Of a stretch of 64,000 nucleotides of DNA, positions 61,115 through 64,000 are shown piece after piece. This stretch comes from Chlorokybus atmophyticus. Lineage: Eukaryota > Plantae > Mesostigma and Chlorokybus algae. The notes beneath the pieces were generated by a model, which worked only from the letters and a program-made list of their open reading frames with translations, searched no databases and was not told the DNA's origin. The translations under genes were made by a program, and so were the position numbers. The stretch lies in the NCBI GenBank assembly GCA_009103225.1, contig RHPI01000772.1, forward strand, positions 490,499-554,498, given 5' to 3'. Within the stretch, counting starts at the first letter, position 1; each line of letters starts with the position of its first letter.

Positions 61115-63974
61115 ATGGCGCTGATGCGCGTGGCGGCGGCGCTGCTGTTTTTGCTCGTCCAGCCCCTCACTGCTGGTGAGAAGAAGTGCGAGGCATTGCG
61201 CGTGCCTCGTACTTCTGGTCTTGGCCAGTCCGGTTTGGTGGCAAAGTGAATGCATGCACAAGTGCAGTTTAAGAAATGGATGAAGCTTGATGGCGTGTCT
61301 GGCCAACACTCTGGCAGCATTGTGGCAAGGTTGTAGTACTTCTGTCCGAGTGCATTCATCAATGGCAGCAATTAACATGACACAGAGAGGCGACATGCAT
61401 GAAACATGGACATGCACTTGAGCATGAACATTCAAACCCCCCCTCCTTTCCCTCCTCGTCAGAGGAAAAGAAGGAGGCTTTCTCTCTTTGCATGTGTTCA
61501 GTGTGTTGGCTTTCTTCTTGTATTGCACCAGTTGCTAGCCACGCTTTCTGGTGCTAACAACTTGAACTATGTGTTGTGCAGCTGCCACGGCTGTGATTTC
61601 TGGACGACTGTTCTGCGACAAGTGCAACAGCGGCATCCAAGTCCCCATCTCGCGCGGCGAGGTATGCTTCGGTGCTAAGGGCAGGCAAGTCCCCTCAGCA
61701 ATGGGTGGCCAGGACCAACTGAGTCAAGGCTCTCTATATGTCCACACGTTTGCAACATGTTTCTCTACACATGTGCGAGAGAGCGAGCCCAATGACTTCT
61801 AGTTGTTATATCATGCGTGTGCAGGTGGTGCTGAACTGCGCGACGTATGTCCGTATCAATGGCCCAGATTCTTCTTATTATTCTAATGTCCATCCGGTGC
61901 TGTTGCACTCCAGCCAATCGACAATTACAAATGCAGATGGCACATTCAGCTTCCCCAATGTCTTTATGACAGACCAATATGTCGAACGCGTGAAAAACAC
62001 CTCCGTGCTGCCTTATTATTACGACTATGAAGGCATTGTGGACTTTCCAGTGCACTGCAACGTGTATGTCCCTGCATCAGCGCCATGCACTGCTGCGGCC
62101 ATAGCGTACCCTATCAGCAACAACGGTACCTGCACAAACCGGCAAGGACGCTACTCTTATTACTCTGCCTCAGGCCTCGCCTCTGTGCACGATCCACAAG
62201 ATGCCTCCACTTATGCCCTTGGCAACTTTTGCCTTGCGCCGGCGCAAACACCTGTACCGCCGACGTGCCCATTTCCCTCCGCTGCGCCCTCGCTGCGGCG
62301 GCTGTTCTACACCAAGTCCGTCCCCGCCGGCAAGCAAGCGTATGATGACGAGGAGTTTGGAAGGAGGTTGGAGATTGCCTTTTGGAACGATGCAACTGGC
62401 CGTAGTGTGACGGTGCTTGAAGCCTGCACCTACCCTTACTCTCCCCACAGCGTGGAAGCTATCGGCAGTAGCTATGACGGTTACGCTGGCAACCTTCAAG
62501 TCGTAGGAGGTACGTGTGTGAGAGACACAGATGTGCGCAAATGAAACAATGCCAGGATGCCTGCTTGAACCTTGAGCGTATGCAATGGCAGAGAACCTTT
62601 ACTTCTTGGGGCGCAACTGCTCCACTCGCGCCGTGGGGGTGTTTCGCAAGCCTGCGGCATGGCATCCTGACCGCTACCAGCGCAGCTCGCGCTTTGCTCA
62701 GCCCGTTCTCATCAATTCCAACTACACTTACTACAATACGTTTGCTGTTGATGTGGATGGTGAGACAGCTTGCTCGGGAGAGTGCAAGGGAGCGCGATGC
62801 ATTGTACAGGCATCTCATGGCTCTCTTGTGGTGATGCAGATAGCGGAAAGGAGTACGTGTACTTTGCGGGTCTATATCCGGCTGGAGATGGCATCTCGGA
62901 TGTCACGCATTTTGCCGTACAGACTGCCACCTGGCCCGAGGCGGTCGTCCTGGATGTGTATGAAGATTACCAGTACACAGGCGAAAGAAGCCCAGGATAT
63001 GGATGGGATGCATTGCACGGCATTTTTGTCGATTCCTCAGGTGCGTGTGTGACAGGACAGACGCAAAAGTGTGTGATTCACCATGCTTGTGAGCAACTGC
63101 TGGTAGTATTGCTTTTGTGTAGCGGTTCTTAGAATGCAGAAGGGAAGGAAGCGGGCATTGGGAGAGAGGAAATGTGGGCACCCACGGAGGGGCACGGGGT
63201 GGGGCTGCTAAGAAGAAGTCCCCACCCTCATCTCCAACCGTGATGGCTGCGTGCTTGCGCACATGCACACCCACACGCGCACACACCCTCAAGCTCACGC
63301 TTAGGCCTACACGCGCGCACTTGCAAGCGCGCACATGTGCACGCGCGCAGATGCGCACACAGTCACGCGTGCACGCACATTCACAAATACACACCCATGT
63401 GCACACGCACGCACACTCACATGTGCACACGCTCGCCCCCTCCCCCCCACATACAAGCGCACCCAAGCACGCGCACGTGCGCGTGCGCACTCTTTGCAAA
63501 AATCTGACTTCTAAGCCAAAACCATGCGATGAGACTCTTACATGTGCTTGTGTATTATGTGGCTTGCAGTGACGCCGCGCAGGGTGTGGTGGGCTTGGCA
63601 GGACACATTCAGGTATACCGCGTATCCTTCTTCAACCTGCTCCATCAGCTACGGAGCCATCTCTCCCGATCATCGCTCGATTACCAACCAGCAGCTATGG
63701 GACTTTTGTGTCAGCTTTATGTCCTTCGACCAAGGTGCACATGTGAATGCACGCACGCGCACCGGCGCAAACTATGATCCATAAGCACTGCTAACCACAT
63801 GGTTGATGACGACAGTACACAAGAGGCTGTTTGCGCTACACTATAGCCTTGATTACGTGCGTGATGGACTACTGCTGTCGGTGTTCAACATATCCGGAGA
63901 AGGGCCCGTGCCCATCCTCAGCAGTCGCCCACTTGGGTTGCAAGTGGACGCCATAGCATACTACGCTCCAGCCA
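61115..63974 (+). CDS. Secreted protein with Pollen Ole e 1-like N-terminal domain and probable beta-rich C-terminal region, copy B (continues beyond window)
   Basis: Phase-consistent GT-AG exons 61115-61175, 61582-61661, 61825-62509, 62592-62759, 62840-63040, 63570-63734, 63786-63974 give one open frame. Signal peptide, then ISGRLFCDKC...VVLNC...TNADGTFSF, matching the Ole e 1 GxxxCDxC / C / TxxxGxF pattern. Domain call is by eye. Confidence 0.8.
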
Positions 63975-64000
63975 GTAAGCCTTGTGCCCCCCCCCCCCCC

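Larger units (their letters stand above)
59200..64000. repeat. Right arm of the inverted segmental duplication
   Basis: Reverse complement of about 5586-9000, with an AT-rich insertion near 59420-60380. Confidence 0.9.

Overview
Eukaryotic genomic DNA, most likely a green alga (inferred from short GT-AG introns, a plant-type KDM3/JMJ25 JmjC gene and PHD-bearing Ty3 elements; not proven). Two diverged, head-to-head copies of an intron-containing secreted-protein gene (Pollen Ole e 1-like N-terminus; about 5.6-8.4 kb on minus, 61.1-64 kb on plus) bracket a 52 kb nest of mostly decayed transposons. The nest contains: (1) a Ty3/gypsy element E2 (17705-30408, 4-bp TSD AACT) with a DNMT3-like C5 methyltransferase between protease and RT, a PHD finger after integrase, and split direct repeats (B1-ORFs-A1-GC-B2-A2) instead of ordinary LTRs; (2) an older relative E0, into which E2 inserted, with the same A1-GC-B2-A2 3' end; (3) a Helitron2/Helentron-type element whose RepHel appears spliced in frame to a GIY-YIG nuclease and which appears to carry a convergent KDM3/JMJ25-like histone demethylase gene; (4) a younger chromodomain Ty3 element E3 (41082-49054, TSD GTTGT) inserted in the Helitron helicase; (5) a copia-derived mini-element, a TRIM, three CACTA-like non-autonomous copies, a pogo-type transposase pseudogene, microsatellites and two N gaps. 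All domain calls come from motif recognition by eye; no database search was run.
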